A stretch of DNA of 64,000 bases, from positions 256,001 to 320,000 of the forward strand of contig CAVXWZ010000001.1 in the NCBI GenBank assembly GCA_963765575.1, written 5' to 3'. Position numbers and translations under genes: made by a program. The number at the start of each line of letters is the position of its first letter. The first letter of the stretch is position 1. Of the stretch, positions 29,356 to 38,841 are shown piece after piece. This stretch comes from an uncultured cyanobacterium (lineage in GTDB: Bacteria; Cyanobacteriota; Cyanobacteriia; PCC-6307; Cyanobiaceae). The notes beneath the pieces were generated by a model, which was not told the origin of the DNA, made no database searches, and saw only the letters and a program-made list of their open reading frames with translations.

Positions 29356-30177
29356 GTGCTGCCCCTGCTCCCCGCTGCCTTCGCCCTCGCTGGCTTCAGT
29401 CCGGCGGCCCTGCCGGCACCCCAGCAGCCGCTGGCCTGGCTGATCGCCCTGGCGCTCAACGCCGTGCTGATCGGCCTGGCCCAGCGCCTGCCCCTGCTCA
29501 CCCCCGCCGGCTGGGTGCATGCCGGCATCCTCGGCACCGTGCTCTGGGGCTGTCTGGGCCCGCGCGGCTGGCTGGCGGTGGTGGGCTATCTGCTGCTCGG
29601 CTCGCTGGTCACCCGGCTGGGACTGCGCCGCAAGCGCGAGCAGGGGCTGGCCGAGGCCCGTGGTGGCCGCCGCGGGCCGGAGAACGTCTGGGGCTCGGCC
29701 GCCACCGGCGCCCTGCTGGCGATGGCCATCCCCCTGGCGCCGCCGGCCTGGACGCCCCTGCTGCTGGTGGGCTTCATCGCCAGCTTCGCCGCCAAGCTGG
29801 CGGACACCTGCGGCAGCGAGATCGGCAAGCGCTGGGGCCGTCACACCGTGCTGATCACCAACCTGCGGCCGGTGCCGCCCGGCACCGAGGGGGCGATCAG
29901 CCTGGAGGGCACCCTCGCCAGCCTGGTGGGCAGCGTGGTGATGGTGCTGCTGGCCCTGGCCCTGGGTCTGCTGCCCGGTCCCCCGCCCGCGCTCACCGCG
30001 GCCGCCGCCGCGCTGGTCGCCGGGGTGGGCCTGGTGGCCACGCTGCTGGAGAGCGTGATCGGCGCCACGGCCCAGAACCGCTTCAGCTGGCTCAGCAACG
30101 AGCTGGTGAACGCCCTTCAGACCGCCGTTGCCGCGCTGCTGGCGATGCTGGTCTGGAGCGCGCTGGCGCTGGCCTGA
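29356..30177 (+). CDS. DUF92/TMEM19 (TIGR00297) membrane protein
   Basis: RGGRRGPENVWGS, KLADTCGSEIGKRWG, PGTEGAISLEGT, NELVN; start uncertain. Confidence 0.9.
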   Translation: MLPLLPAAFALAGFSPAALPAPQQPLAWLIALALNAVLIGLAQRLPLLTPAGWVHAGILGTVLWGCLGPRGWLAVVGYLLLGSLVTRLGLRRKREQGLAEARGGRRGPENVWGSAATGALLAMAIPLAPPAWTPLLLVGFIASFAAKLADTCGSEIGKRWGRHTVLITNLRPVPPGTEGAISLEGTLASLVGSVVMVLLALALGLLPGPPPALTAAAAALVAGVGLVATLLESVIGATAQNRFSWLSNELVNALQTAVAALLAMLVWSALALA

Positions 30178-31046
30178 TCCCCGGGGGCGGCGTCCCGCAG
30201 TGCCCTCAGCAGCGCCTCGGCCCGCCGCCGACACTCGGCGGCGGCGCAGTCCTGCTGCAGGCCGAGCTCCCGCCAGCTCAGGCCATCGATCCAGCGGCCC
30301 TCCAGCAGCTCCCGCTCTGCCGGAGTGAGCCGCCGCAGCTGGCGCTGCAGCCAGCCGCGCTGGGGATCGCAGTTCCCGGCGCCGCCCGGTTGGCAGGGGG
30401 CGACGAGCCGATCCAGCCGCGTCAGCGCGCTGTCGTCGCCGCTGCCCGGGGCGGGTTGATCGAGGCTGCTGACGCCCAGCGCCACCTTCACTCGGCCCGC
30501 CTCCTCCAGCCGCTCCAGGCTGCAGCCCAGGGCAGCGGCCAGCTCGGCGGCGCTGAGGGCGCTCAGGCCCGCGCCCCGCCGTTGCTCCGTCAGCTTCTCG
30601 GCACGGCGCTGCAGCTCCCGCAGCCGCCTGGGGGTGTGCAGGGGCTGGTCGCGATCGCGTTGCTCCTGGAGCATGGCGCCGCGGATGTAGGGCACCGCAA
30701 AGGTGCTCAGCGCCACGCCGCGGCCGGCATCAAAGCCCTCCACCGCCCGGATCAAGCCCAGGCAGCCGTTGGCGAAGAGTTCATCGAAGGGCCTGCCGGT
30801 GCGCTGGCTCTCGCGGTTCGCCACCAGCCGCACCAGGGCCAGGTTGCTCACCACCAGCGCATTGCGCCAGTGCAGCCGCGCGTCGCAGGCGTGGCTGCGG
30901 CCCAGGCGTTGCAGCAGCAGGCGGTTGCGTTGGTGGTGCCCGTCCACCGTGGTGGCGGGGACGCGGCGGCCAGGACGGTGAGGTGGGTGCGGGAGCTGGC
31001 TTGCACTTGTGCTGGTCTGGTCGGAGCGGCAACGTGAGGCGGTCAT
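30117..31046 (-). CDS. Alternative sigma-70 factor (SigF/FliA-like)
   Basis: RNALVVSNLALV, GLIRAVEGFD, STFAVPYIRGAM, SSLDQP. Confidence 0.85.
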   Translation of the reverse strand: MTASRCRSDQTSTSASQLPHPPHRPGRRVPATTVDGHHQRNRLLLQRLGRSHACDARLHWRNALVVSNLALVRLVANRESQRTGRPFDELFANGCLGLIRAVEGFDAGRGVALSTFAVPYIRGAMLQEQRDRDQPLHTPRRLRELQRRAEKLTEQRRGAGLSALSAAELAAALGCSLERLEEAGRVKVALGVSSLDQPAPGSGDDSALTRLDRLVAPCQPGGAGNCDPQRGWLQRQLRRLTPAERELLEGRWIDGLSWRELGLQQDCAAAECRRRAEALLRALRDAAPGDQASASALQTSIASSAATAV

Positions 31047-31183
31047 GGCCGAATGACGATGGGGATCGTCTCCTCACCGTTCTCCTGTCCATCAGCCGTT
31101 GCGTCACCGCCGCCGGTGGGATCGTTCACCCGATTGGGTGATGACTGCTCAGCGCCAGCCCTCAGTTCAGCGCGGGGTTCAGT

Positions 31184-31870
31184 TCAGCGCGGGGTTTTCA
31201 GCGCAGTGGTGAGCTGCAGGGGGTGGAGATCGGCCCACTCCAGCAGCGCCGGCCACTGGCGCACCCGCTCGTACACCTGGCGGTGCCCCTCACTGTTGAG
31301 GTGTAGGCCGTCGCCGCAGAGCCAGTCGGGCCAGTGGGGATCGGCGAGCAGGTCTTCGAGCAGGGGCAGGAAGGGCGCACCGGCCTCCAGGCAGGCCTCC
31401 TCCAGCAGCCGCTCGTAGCGGCGCACCTGCTCGAGGCCATACCAGAGCACCTCGGCGAAGGGCATGGCCTCCTCCAGCACCGGCGTCAGCCCCAGCACCA
31501 GCACCGGCGCCGTGCTCAGCGCCCGCTCCAGCACCCGCTCAAGACCGAACAGAAAACCCTCCGGCTCCAGCTGGGGGCGGCCATCGGGGTGCCCCACCCG
31601 GGCGCTGTCGTTGAGGCCCGTCGCCAGCAGGATTCCCTGGGGCTGCTGGCGGCGCAGCTCACCGCGACAGGCCACCTCCGCCTGCAGCCGGGCCGCCACC
31701 CGCTCCAGGCCATCGCCGCGCACCCCCAGCGGGTAGAGCACCGGCGCCACCGGCAGGCCCATCCAGTGGCGCCGCAACCGTTCGCACCAGCCCCCCTCCA
31801 GCGGATCGCCCCAGCCGTACACACCGCTGTCGCCCAGCACGATCAGCTTGCGGGGCACGGCGGCGGGCAT
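31184..31870 (-). CDS. GDSL/SGNH esterase-lipase
   Basis: LGDSG, LGVRGD, GLND, DGLHLN. Confidence 0.92.
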   Translation of the reverse strand: MPAAVPRKLIVLGDSGVYGWGDPLEGGWCERLRRHWMGLPVAPVLYPLGVRGDGLERVAARLQAEVACRGELRRQQPQGILLATGLNDSARVGHPDGRPQLEPEGFLFGLERVLERALSTAPVLVLGLTPVLEEAMPFAEVLWYGLEQVRRYERLLEEACLEAGAPFLPLLEDLLADPHWPDWLCGDGLHLNSEGHRQVYERVRQWPALLEWADLHPLQLTTALKTPR

Positions 31871-31963
31871 CGGCGCGGCAGCGGGCAGGGTCACGGCCCG
31901 ATCCTGCATCAGCCATGCCCCGGCCGTCTGTTGGCCAGCCGGGCAGCATGGCCCCATGGTGAG

Positions 31964-32020
31964 GGCAACGGCACTGGCACTGGCACTGGCAACGGCAATG
32001 GCAATGGCAACGCCACTGGC
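31964..32020. repeat. Hexamer tandem repeat (GGCAMY)n in divergent intergenic region
   Basis: GGCAAC, GGCACT x3, GGCAAC, GGCAAT x2, GGCAAC, GCCACT. Confidence 0.9.
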
Positions 32021-32035
32021 GGGACGGCGGGCGCG

Positions 32036-33109
32036 TTGAGCGGGGTGGAGCGGCTCGACGTGGAGGCCTTCCTGGCAGCAGCCGGGCCGGTCGTGGATGT
32101 GCGCAGTCCCGCCGAGTTCGCCCAGGGCCACATCCCCGGGGCGCTCAACCTGGCCCTGTTCGATGACGCCGGCCGGGCGGAGGTGGGCACCCTCTACACC
32201 CGCCAGGGCCGACAGGCGGCCGTACTGCGCGGTCTGGCCCTGGTGGGGCCGCAGCTGGAGGCCCTGGCCGCCGCGCTGGCCCGGCGGGCGGCCGCCAGTC
32301 CCGGCCAACCCCTGCGGCTGCTGTGCTGGCGGGGCGGCATGCGCAGCGCCAGCGTCGCCTGGCTGGCCGGCCAGCTGGAGCTTTCCGTGCAGCTGCTGGA
32401 GGGTGGCTACAAGGCCTACCGGCGCTGGGTGCTGGAGTCGTTTGAGCGCCCCTGGCCCCTGCGCCTGCTGGGCGGCCGCACCGGCACCGGCAAGACCGAC
32501 CTGCTGCTCGCCCTGGCCCAGCGGGGGGTGGCGGTGGTGGACCTCGAGGGTCTGGCCCACCACCGCGGCAGCAGCTTCGGCTCCCTGGGCCTGCCCCCCC
32601 AGCCCAGCAGCGAGCACTACGAGAACCGCCTGGCCATGGCCCTGCGCGCCCGGCGGGGGGCCAGCGAGATCTGGCTGGAGGCCGAGAGTGTGCAGGTGGG
32701 TCGCTGCCGCATCCCCGCGGCGCTCTGGCTGCAGATGAAGGCGGCGCCGGTGCTGGCGGTGCAGCGCCCCCTGGAGCAACGGCTGGCCCAGCTGGTGCGC
32801 ATCTACGGGGTGCAGGACCCCGGCGAGCTGGCCGACGCCACCCGGCGCATCGCCCGCCGCCTCGGGCCCCAGCGCACCGCCGCCGCCCTGGAGGCCATCG
32901 CCGCCAGCGACTGGACCGCCGCCTGCCGCCAGCTGCTCGACTACTACGACCGCTGCTACGACCACGACCCCAGCCTCCAGACCAGCGAGCCGCTGGAGCT
33001 GGGCGGGTTGTCGGCTGAGGCGGCCGCGGAGCTGCTGCTGGGCCGGGGGCTGGTGGGACAGCCGGCTGGCTTCAGTGCCGCAGCAGGCGGCGGCGCAGGC
33101 GGTCGCTGA
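32036..33109 (+). CDS. mnmH: tRNA 2-selenouridine synthase
   Basis: Rhodanese DVRSPAEF, CWRGGMRS, GGYKAYR; P-loop GRTGTGKT; LEGLAHHRGSSFG; EAES; YYDRCY. Confidence 0.93.
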   Translation: MSGVERLDVEAFLAAAGPVVDVRSPAEFAQGHIPGALNLALFDDAGRAEVGTLYTRQGRQAAVLRGLALVGPQLEALAAALARRAAASPGQPLRLLCWRGGMRSASVAWLAGQLELSVQLLEGGYKAYRRWVLESFERPWPLRLLGGRTGTGKTDLLLALAQRGVAVVDLEGLAHHRGSSFGSLGLPPQPSSEHYENRLAMALRARRGASEIWLEAESVQVGRCRIPAALWLQMKAAPVLAVQRPLEQRLAQLVRIYGVQDPGELADATRRIARRLGPQRTAAALEAIAASDWTAACRQLLDYYDRCYDHDPSLQTSEPLELGGLSAEAAAELLLGRGLVGQPAGFSAAAGGGAGGR

Positions 33110-34694
33110 GGTCTTCCCCCAGCAGGGTGAGGGCGGCGTAGGCCAGCATCAGCGCCGCCAGTTCATCGACGGCGAAGGAGCTGAGCGCCTCCAGCAGTTG
33201 GCTGCCCAGCCCCGTGGCGCCCACCAGGCCCACCACCACCGATTCGCGCAGAATCACATCGGTGCGGTAGGCCCCATAGGCGAGGTAGGGCCGCGCCAGG
33301 GCGCTGAAGCGGCCGTAGAGCAGGGCCAGCCGCGGTCCGCTGCCGGCGCTGAGCAGGGCCTGCTCGCCGGCCTCGCCGCTGTGCTCGGCGCCCTCCAGCA
33401 GCAGCCGGCCCAACACCCCCAGGTTGTGAATCCCCAGCGCCAGGGCGCCGGTGACCACACCGGGCTGCAGCACGAACAGCAGCAGCAGGGCAATCAGCGG
33501 TGGCGGCCACAGCCGGCCCAGGGCCCAGAGCGCCTGCACGGCGGCCCGGCCCAGGGGCCAGGGCCGCACCAGCAGCAGCAGCAGCGGTGCCAACCCCACC
33601 GCCAGGGCGGCGGCCAGCAGGGTGAGGCTGAGGGTGTTGGCCACCAGGGCCGGCCAGGGCAGCGCCGCCACCGCCGGCCAGTCGGGAGGCGGCAGGGGCG
33701 GCAGCGGCTGCCAGGGCCAGAGGCTGCGCGGATCCACCTGCAGGCTCCAGGCCAGGGCCACCAGCAGGGGCGCCAGCAGGGCCCCCGCCAGCAGCAGTTC
33801 GCGGCCGCTGCGGCCCACACTGCTGCCCTCGCTGCCCCAGCTGCCCGCCGTGGTGCCGGCGATCGGGGGGCTGAGGCTGAGCCGCGACGGCATGGTCCAG
33901 CGCCGCCGCAGCCAGCCCACCAGCCGCTCCAGCAGCACCATGGCCGCCAGCAGCAGCCACAGGCCCGTCCACAGCTCCTCGAAGGCCAGCGACTGCAGCG
34001 TCAGCCGCAGCTCGGTGCCCAGGCCCCCGAGGCCAAAGACCCCCAGCAGGGTGGCGCTGCGCAGCGCACATTCCAGCCGGTAGCCGCCGTAGCTCAGCAG
34101 CTGGGGCAGCAGCGGCGGTCCCATGGCGGTGAGCAGGGCCGCCGGCGGCGCCACGCCGGCGGCGGCCAGGGCCTCGAGGCTGGCGGTGGGCAGGGCGTCG
34201 AGTTGATCGCTCACCACCCGCGCCACCAGGGCGGCAAAGGGGATGGCGATCGCCAGCACCGCCACCGCCGGCTGCAACCCCACCAGTTGCAAGAGGATCA
34301 GGCCCCAGAGCAGCTCATGGATCGAGCGGGGCAGGGCCAGCAGCCGGCGGATCAGCTGTGCCGGCCCCAGCCGGCCGCTGCAGTGCTGCCACACCAGCCG
34401 CGAACTGAGCAGCCCCAGGCCCAGCCCCAGCACCAGGCTCAGGGCCCAGCTCAGCAGGGCGATGCCCACCGTCACCCCCAGACCGCGCAGCACCGAGCGC
34501 AGCACCAGTGGATCGAACGAGGGGCGCAGGGCCGCCAGGGCGAACCGTCCCACCAGGCTCCAGCCACCGCCATGGCTGAGGCCCGGCAGCAGCAGCACCA
34601 GCGGGATCAGCACCAGGGCCGGCAGCAGCAGCCACAGGGGCGCCGCCGGCCGCCAGCGACCCCACCAGTGCCCGCTGGCCGGCCCGCCGCTCAA
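33072..34694 (-). CDS. PhnE/PtxC-family ABC permease (two fused domains)
   Basis: RSIHELLWG, YRLECALRSATLLGVFGLGGLG, ILRESVVVGLVGATGLG. Confidence 0.9.
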   Translation of the reverse strand: MSGGPASGHWWGRWRPAAPLWLLLPALVLIPLVLLLPGLSHGGGWSLVGRFALAALRPSFDPLVLRSVLRGLGVTVGIALLSWALSLVLGLGLGLLSSRLVWQHCSGRLGPAQLIRRLLALPRSIHELLWGLILLQLVGLQPAVAVLAIAIPFAALVARVVSDQLDALPTASLEALAAAGVAPPAALLTAMGPPLLPQLLSYGGYRLECALRSATLLGVFGLGGLGTELRLTLQSLAFEELWTGLWLLLAAMVLLERLVGWLRRRWTMPSRLSLSPPIAGTTAGSWGSEGSSVGRSGRELLLAGALLAPLLVALAWSLQVDPRSLWPWQPLPPLPPPDWPAVAALPWPALVANTLSLTLLAAALAVGLAPLLLLLVRPWPLGRAAVQALWALGRLWPPPLIALLLLFVLQPGVVTGALALGIHNLGVLGRLLLEGAEHSGEAGEQALLSAGSGPRLALLYGRFSALARPYLAYGAYRTDVILRESVVVGLVGATGLGSQLLEALSSFAVDELAALMLAYAALTLLGEDLSDRLRRRLLRH

Positions 34695-35440
34695 GGGCTG
34701 GCACCGGCGTAGAGCTCCGCCAGCATTCCCGGCTCCAGCGCCGCCAGCGGCAGGTCGAACTGCAGGCGCCCGGCGCGCAGCCCCAGCACCCGATCGAAGC
34801 CGCCCAGCAGGTCGGGCCGGTGCAGGCTGAGCAGCAAGGCCCGGGGTGCCCGGCCCTCCGCCAGCAGCAACGCCAGCAACTCCCCGGCCAGGCGTGGATC
34901 GAGGCTGGCCAGGGGCTCATCGGCCAGCAGCAGCACCGGCTCCTGGCGCAGCAGCCGGCCCAGGGCCACCCGCTGCCGCTGTCCCCCCGAGAGGGCCGAC
35001 ACGGGCTGATCCAGCAGGGCCGGATCCAGGTCCAGCCGGCGCAGGCAGGCGGTGCAGGCCTCGCCCTCGAGCGGCAGCAGCAGGTTGAGCAGGGCCCGCG
35101 GCCAGCCCCACGGCCCCAGGCGGCCGGCGTTGAGGTTCTGCTGCACGCTCAGCTCCTCGATCAGGCGCAGGTCCTGCCAGAGGGTGCCGATGCGGCTCTG
35201 CTGCAGGCGCCGGGCGCGCCGCGACCGGGCCCGCTCGCGGCCCTGCCAGCGCAGTTGGCCCCGGCCGGGCTCGATCAGGCCGTTGGCCACCGCCAGCAGG
35301 GTGCTTTTGCCGGCGCCGCTCGGCCCCAGCAGGGCCACCCGCTCCCCGGCCCGCAGCCGCAGCGTCACCCCGTCCAGCCGTGGCTGGTCGCGGCCGCGCA
35401 CATGGATCTGCTCCAGCTCCAACACCCAGGACGGATCCAT
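34691..35440 (-). CDS. PhnC-like ABC ATP-binding protein
   Basis: GPSGAGKS, LSGGQRQR, LADEPLASLDP, SLH. Confidence 0.92.
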   Translation of the reverse strand: MDPSWVLELEQIHVRGRDQPRLDGVTLRLRAGERVALLGPSGAGKSTLLAVANGLIEPGRGQLRWQGRERARSRRARRLQQSRIGTLWQDLRLIEELSVQQNLNAGRLGPWGWPRALLNLLLPLEGEACTACLRRLDLDPALLDQPVSALSGGQRQRVALGRLLRQEPVLLLADEPLASLDPRLAGELLALLLAEGRAPRALLLSLHRPDLLGGFDRVLGLRAGRLQFDLPLAALEPGMLAELYAGASP

Positions 35441-36435
35441 CAGCGGATCTTGCCGATCTCGCGCCCCACCGCCTCGATGGCGTCGTATTGGTCGTTGCTC
35501 GCCGGCACGAAGGCCTCGGCCCCGAACAACTCCAGGATCTGGGCCTGGCGCGGATCGTCGGGGCTGAGGTTGGTGAAGGCCTGCTCCAGCCGCTCGGTGA
35601 AGCCCTGGCCGTAGTCCTCGTCGAGGTTGGGTTGCACCACCCAGGTGTAGTTGGCGTAGCCCGGCGTGCGCCAGATCGCCACCACCTGCTCGGGGTTCAC
35701 CTTGCCCTCCTCGATCCGGCTCAGCCACACCTGTTCGTTCACCACGCCGGCGTCGTAGGTGCCGCTCGCCACCAGGGCGATCAGCGTGTCGTGGCTGCCG
35801 CTGAAGCCCGGGTTGCCGCCTGCGAAGTCGCTCAGCTGCACGCCCGCCTGGTTGAGGTAGTACTGGGGCATCAGGCGACCGGAGGTGGAACTCTGGGAGC
35901 CGAAGCTGAAGCGTTTTCCCTTGAGCTGTTGCAGGTCGCTGGACTCGCTGAATGGCTTCAGGCCGCTGCGGGGGTTGGCGATGAACACGCTGTGGAAGGA
36001 GCGGTCGATGTCGCGCTGGGCGAGGGCACGGGCGCCGGGTTTCTGCAGCCAGGCCTGCACCCCGGTGAGGCCACCAAACCACACCAGATCGAGGTCGCCG
36101 GTGCGAAAGGCGCTGACCGCAGCGGTGTAGTCGGTGACGGGCACGAAACGCACCGGCACCGCCAGCTGCTCGCCCAGCTCAGCGGCTACCAGGCCATAGA
36201 GGCGGTTGAGTTTTTCGGGGTTCTGGTCGGGGATGGCGCCAATGCGCAGCACCCGCTTCTCATTCGGCCGGGTGGCCTCGCTGGTGTTGCCAGCGGGCGC
36301 CGGGGGGGTGCCGGAGCGGGGGGAGCAGGCCGTTGGCAGCAGGCCCATCAGCAGCAGACCAGCGAGCGCAACGGCCCAGCGTTCTCGGGTAATCAAGGGT
36401 CGAAGGACGGACGACGACCCAATGATCCTGCCCAC
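35440..36435 (-). CDS. PhnD-family substrate-binding lipoprotein (putative selenate-binding clade)
   Basis: Lipobox-like PTAC; LRIGAIPDQNPEKLNRLY, WFGGLTGVQA, SSTSGRLMPQY, FSGSHD; start uncertain (36435 or 36396). Confidence 0.85.
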   Translation of the reverse strand: MGRIIGSSSVLRPLITRERWAVALAGLLLMGLLPTACSPRSGTPPAPAGNTSEATRPNEKRVLRIGAIPDQNPEKLNRLYGLVAAELGEQLAVPVRFVPVTDYTAAVSAFRTGDLDLVWFGGLTGVQAWLQKPGARALAQRDIDRSFHSVFIANPRSGLKPFSESSDLQQLKGKRFSFGSQSSTSGRLMPQYYLNQAGVQLSDFAGGNPGFSGSHDTLIALVASGTYDAGVVNEQVWLSRIEEGKVNPEQVVAIWRTPGYANYTWVVQPNLDEDYGQGFTERLEQAFTNLSPDDPRQAQILELFGAEAFVPASNDQYDAIEAVGREIGKIR

Positions 36436-36464
36436 TCGCCGGGATGATCCGGCCCGTTCGCCGC

Positions 36465-37670
36465 TCAGAGCGTGGCCAGGAAGCGCCGCAGCCGTTCCAG
36501 CCCGTCCTCGATCGTGGCCGGCGAGGCGGCGCAGGAGAGGCGGATGCAGTGGTCGTTGCCGAAGGCGGCACCGGGCACCACCGCCAGCCCCACCTGATCA
36601 AGCAGCTGGTTGCTGAGCTGCATCGAGTCGAGCCCGCTGTGGCTGAGGTCGGGAAAGGCATAGAAGGCGCCCTCCGGGGGCTGCAGCGTGATTCCCTCGA
36701 TCGCCCGCAGGCCATCACTGAGCTGGCGGCGCCGCCGGCTGAACTCCGCCGCCATCGCCTGCACGCAGTCGCGCGATCCGTTCACGGCCGCCACGGCGCC
36801 GTACTGGGCGAAGGTGCAGACGTTGCTGGTGCTCTGGCTCTGCAGGGCGGCCGCGGCCTGGATCACCGGCTGGGGTCCCACCAGCCAGCCGACGCGCCAG
36901 CCGGTCATCGCCCAGCCCTTGGCGCAGCCGTTGACGATGAACACCCGGTCGGCCAGGTCTGGAGCCAGGCCCGCGAGGCTGTGGTGCTCGTGGCCGGGGG
37001 CCACCAGGAATTCATAGATCTCATCGCACACCACCGCCACCTGGGGATGGCGGCGCAGCACTGCGGCGATCGCCTCCAGCTCGTTGCGGTTGAGCACGGT
37101 GCCGGTGGGGTTGCCGGGGCTGTTGAGCACCAGCAGGCGGCTGGCGGGGGTGATCGCCGCCTCGAGCTGCTCAGCGGAGAGCCGGAAGCCCCGCTCGGCG
37201 CCACTGGCCAGTTCCACCACGGTGGCCCCGGCCAGCCGGGCGATCTCCGGGTAACTCAGCCAGAAGGGAGCCGGCAGCAGCACCTCATCGCCGCTCTGCA
37301 ACAGCACCTGGAAGAGGTTGTAGAGCGCCTGTTTGCCGCCGTTCGTCACCAGCACCTCCGCGGCGGTGGTGGGGCGGCCGTTCTCGCGGCTGGTCTTGGC
37401 GGCAATCGCTTGGCGCAGGGCCGGTTCGCCGGCGGCGGGGCCGTAGCGGGTGAGGCCGGCGGCGAGGGCATCGGCCGCCGCCCGGCGGATGAACTCCGGT
37501 GTCTCGAAGTCGGGCTCGCCGGCGCTGAGGCTGCAGATGTCCCGCCCGTTGGCCTTGAGCTGTTTGGCCCTGGCGGCGATCTCCAGGGTGAGGGAGGGCC
37601 GCAGGGCCCTGGCTCGCTCGCTCAGTCGCTCGGCCGGGCTGATGCTGGGGGCCGGCCGGGGTGCGGGCAT
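36465..37670 (-). CDS. aspC: PLP-dependent aspartate aminotransferase family protein
   Basis: LSAGEPDF, NSPGNPTG, DEIY, AKGWAMTGWRVG; upstream Met at 37826 also possible. Confidence 0.9.
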   Translation of the reverse strand: MPAPRPAPSISPAERLSERARALRPSLTLEIAARAKQLKANGRDICSLSAGEPDFETPEFIRRAAADALAAGLTRYGPAAGEPALRQAIAAKTSRENGRPTTAAEVLVTNGGKQALYNLFQVLLQSGDEVLLPAPFWLSYPEIARLAGATVVELASGAERGFRLSAEQLEAAITPASRLLVLNSPGNPTGTVLNRNELEAIAAVLRRHPQVAVVCDEIYEFLVAPGHEHHSLAGLAPDLADRVFIVNGCAKGWAMTGWRVGWLVGPQPVIQAAAALQSQSTSNVCTFAQYGAVAAVNGSRDCVQAMAAEFSRRRRQLSDGLRAIEGITLQPPEGAFYAFPDLSHSGLDSMQLSNQLLDQVGLAVVPGAAFGNDHCIRLSCAASPATIEDGLERLRRFLATL

Positions 37671-38188
37671 CGCGGGTGCGGGAGTCGAAACGACCGGGGC
37701 CTGGTTGAGCAGGGCAGGAGGGGGCACGGCCGTTGCGGTTCCAGCCGCATCGTTGCCAGGTGTTGCCGTGAGGGGCAGTGCGGAGACAGGCATCCCGGTG
37801 GTCGGCATCGGCCCGGTGGTCGGCATCGGCGGCGGTGCCGGCTTTGGTGGTGCACGGCATGGGCGTTGACAACATCCTGCCGCACGTGCAGGCCTCTGTC
37901 CCCGGCTGCTGGGGGGCCTGATTCACACTTCGTACGCCAGCGGTTGCGCCCGCCTGCGCGGTGCTGATGGGCCGTGCATCCCGCTGTTGCCGCCCTGCCT
38001 CGGCGCTCGTCAGAGGTGGGCGTTGACGGCGCCGTTCTTGACGGGATCAAGCCCGCGATTGAGCCAGGAGCCAGCCCGGTGTGACCTCTGCGCTGCAGTC
38101 CGCTGTGGAGCCCACAGTGGACTGTTGAGCACGGCGATGACCATGGGGCGAGATCAACATTCAGCGATCCGGATCAGACACTGCTGCT

Positions 38189-38202
38189 GTATAGCTGAAT
38201 AC
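38189..38202. promoter_or_regulatory. Possible NtcA-type box
   Basis: GTA-TAGCTGAA-TAC, ~70 nt upstream of 38275; no -10 at canonical spacing. Confidence 0.3.
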
Positions 38203-38274
38203 CTTTCAGCGGTCATTCTGGCCATGGCACTGCATTCTTATGTGGTATTTATGGCCTAGTCTTGCATCGCTGTT

Positions 38275-38841
38275 GTGACTCTTGTTTCCACTTTCGAACT
38301 TCTTCTCAAGCCCCAGCTGCCCACCTCGGTCACCGCTGCCATTCCCTCGCTTGCTCCCCTCAGCCGGGCAATCCTGCAGGGCTACTTCCTCACCATCAGC
38401 AACGTCTCTGACCGCGATCTCAGTCTGATTCTTGCCTTCAAGACCCGCTCGCCAGGTCTCAATAGTTCGGAAGTGGTGTGCTTTCGTGACGACAATGGCA
38501 ACGACGCTGTTCTGGCATCGACAACCAACACATCCGGTCCCGGCCGATCCACTGAATTCACCCTTGACCTTGCTGAAAAGGACACAACTCTGATCCTGCT
38601 GCAGCCCAATATCACCGATCCGGCCCTGTTCACCAGTCGCTCCTACGAAGCCAGGGGCTATGTCGAACTCTTTGCCCAGCCTGGTACCGGCTCCCGCAAT
38701 CAAGAGGTGTTGATCAGTGCTGAGCAGCGCGGCACCTTCTTCGATCCCTCCAGTTCCAACCCCGCCACTCTGGGCGAACTGGCCTACCCGCTGCCCCTGG
38801 CCAGCGGCTCGGCCTTGCTCAGGCTTGACCGGCAAGATTGA
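38275..38841 (+). CDS. Hypothetical beta-rich protein, AT-richer than flanks
   Basis: 188 aa; STFELLLKP, ILQGYFLTISN, EARGYVEL, EQRGTFF; TGATG-coupled to next gene. Confidence 0.8.
   Translation: MTLVSTFELLLKPQLPTSVTAAIPSLAPLSRAILQGYFLTISNVSDRDLSLILAFKTRSPGLNSSEVVCFRDDNGNDAVLASTTNTSGPGRSTEFTLDLAEKDTTLILLQPNITDPALFTSRSYEARGYVELFAQPGTGSRNQEVLISAEQRGTFFDPSSSNPATLGELAYPLPLASGSALLRLDRQD

Noticed and set aside
30117..30177. Convergent 3' overlaps (sigma/DUF92, rsmE/hypothetical, psb30/ClC, GT2/hypothetical)
   Set aside because: Common in compact GC-rich genomes; no evidence of special function
37789..37839. 18-bp repeats (MPTTGP) giving a long N-terminal extension to the aminotransferase
   Set aside because: Low-complexity and probably upstream of the true start at 37670
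37830..37922. Plus-strand fragment AVPALVVHGMGVDNILP resembling an alpha/beta hydrolase piece
   Set aside because: Too short to support without a search
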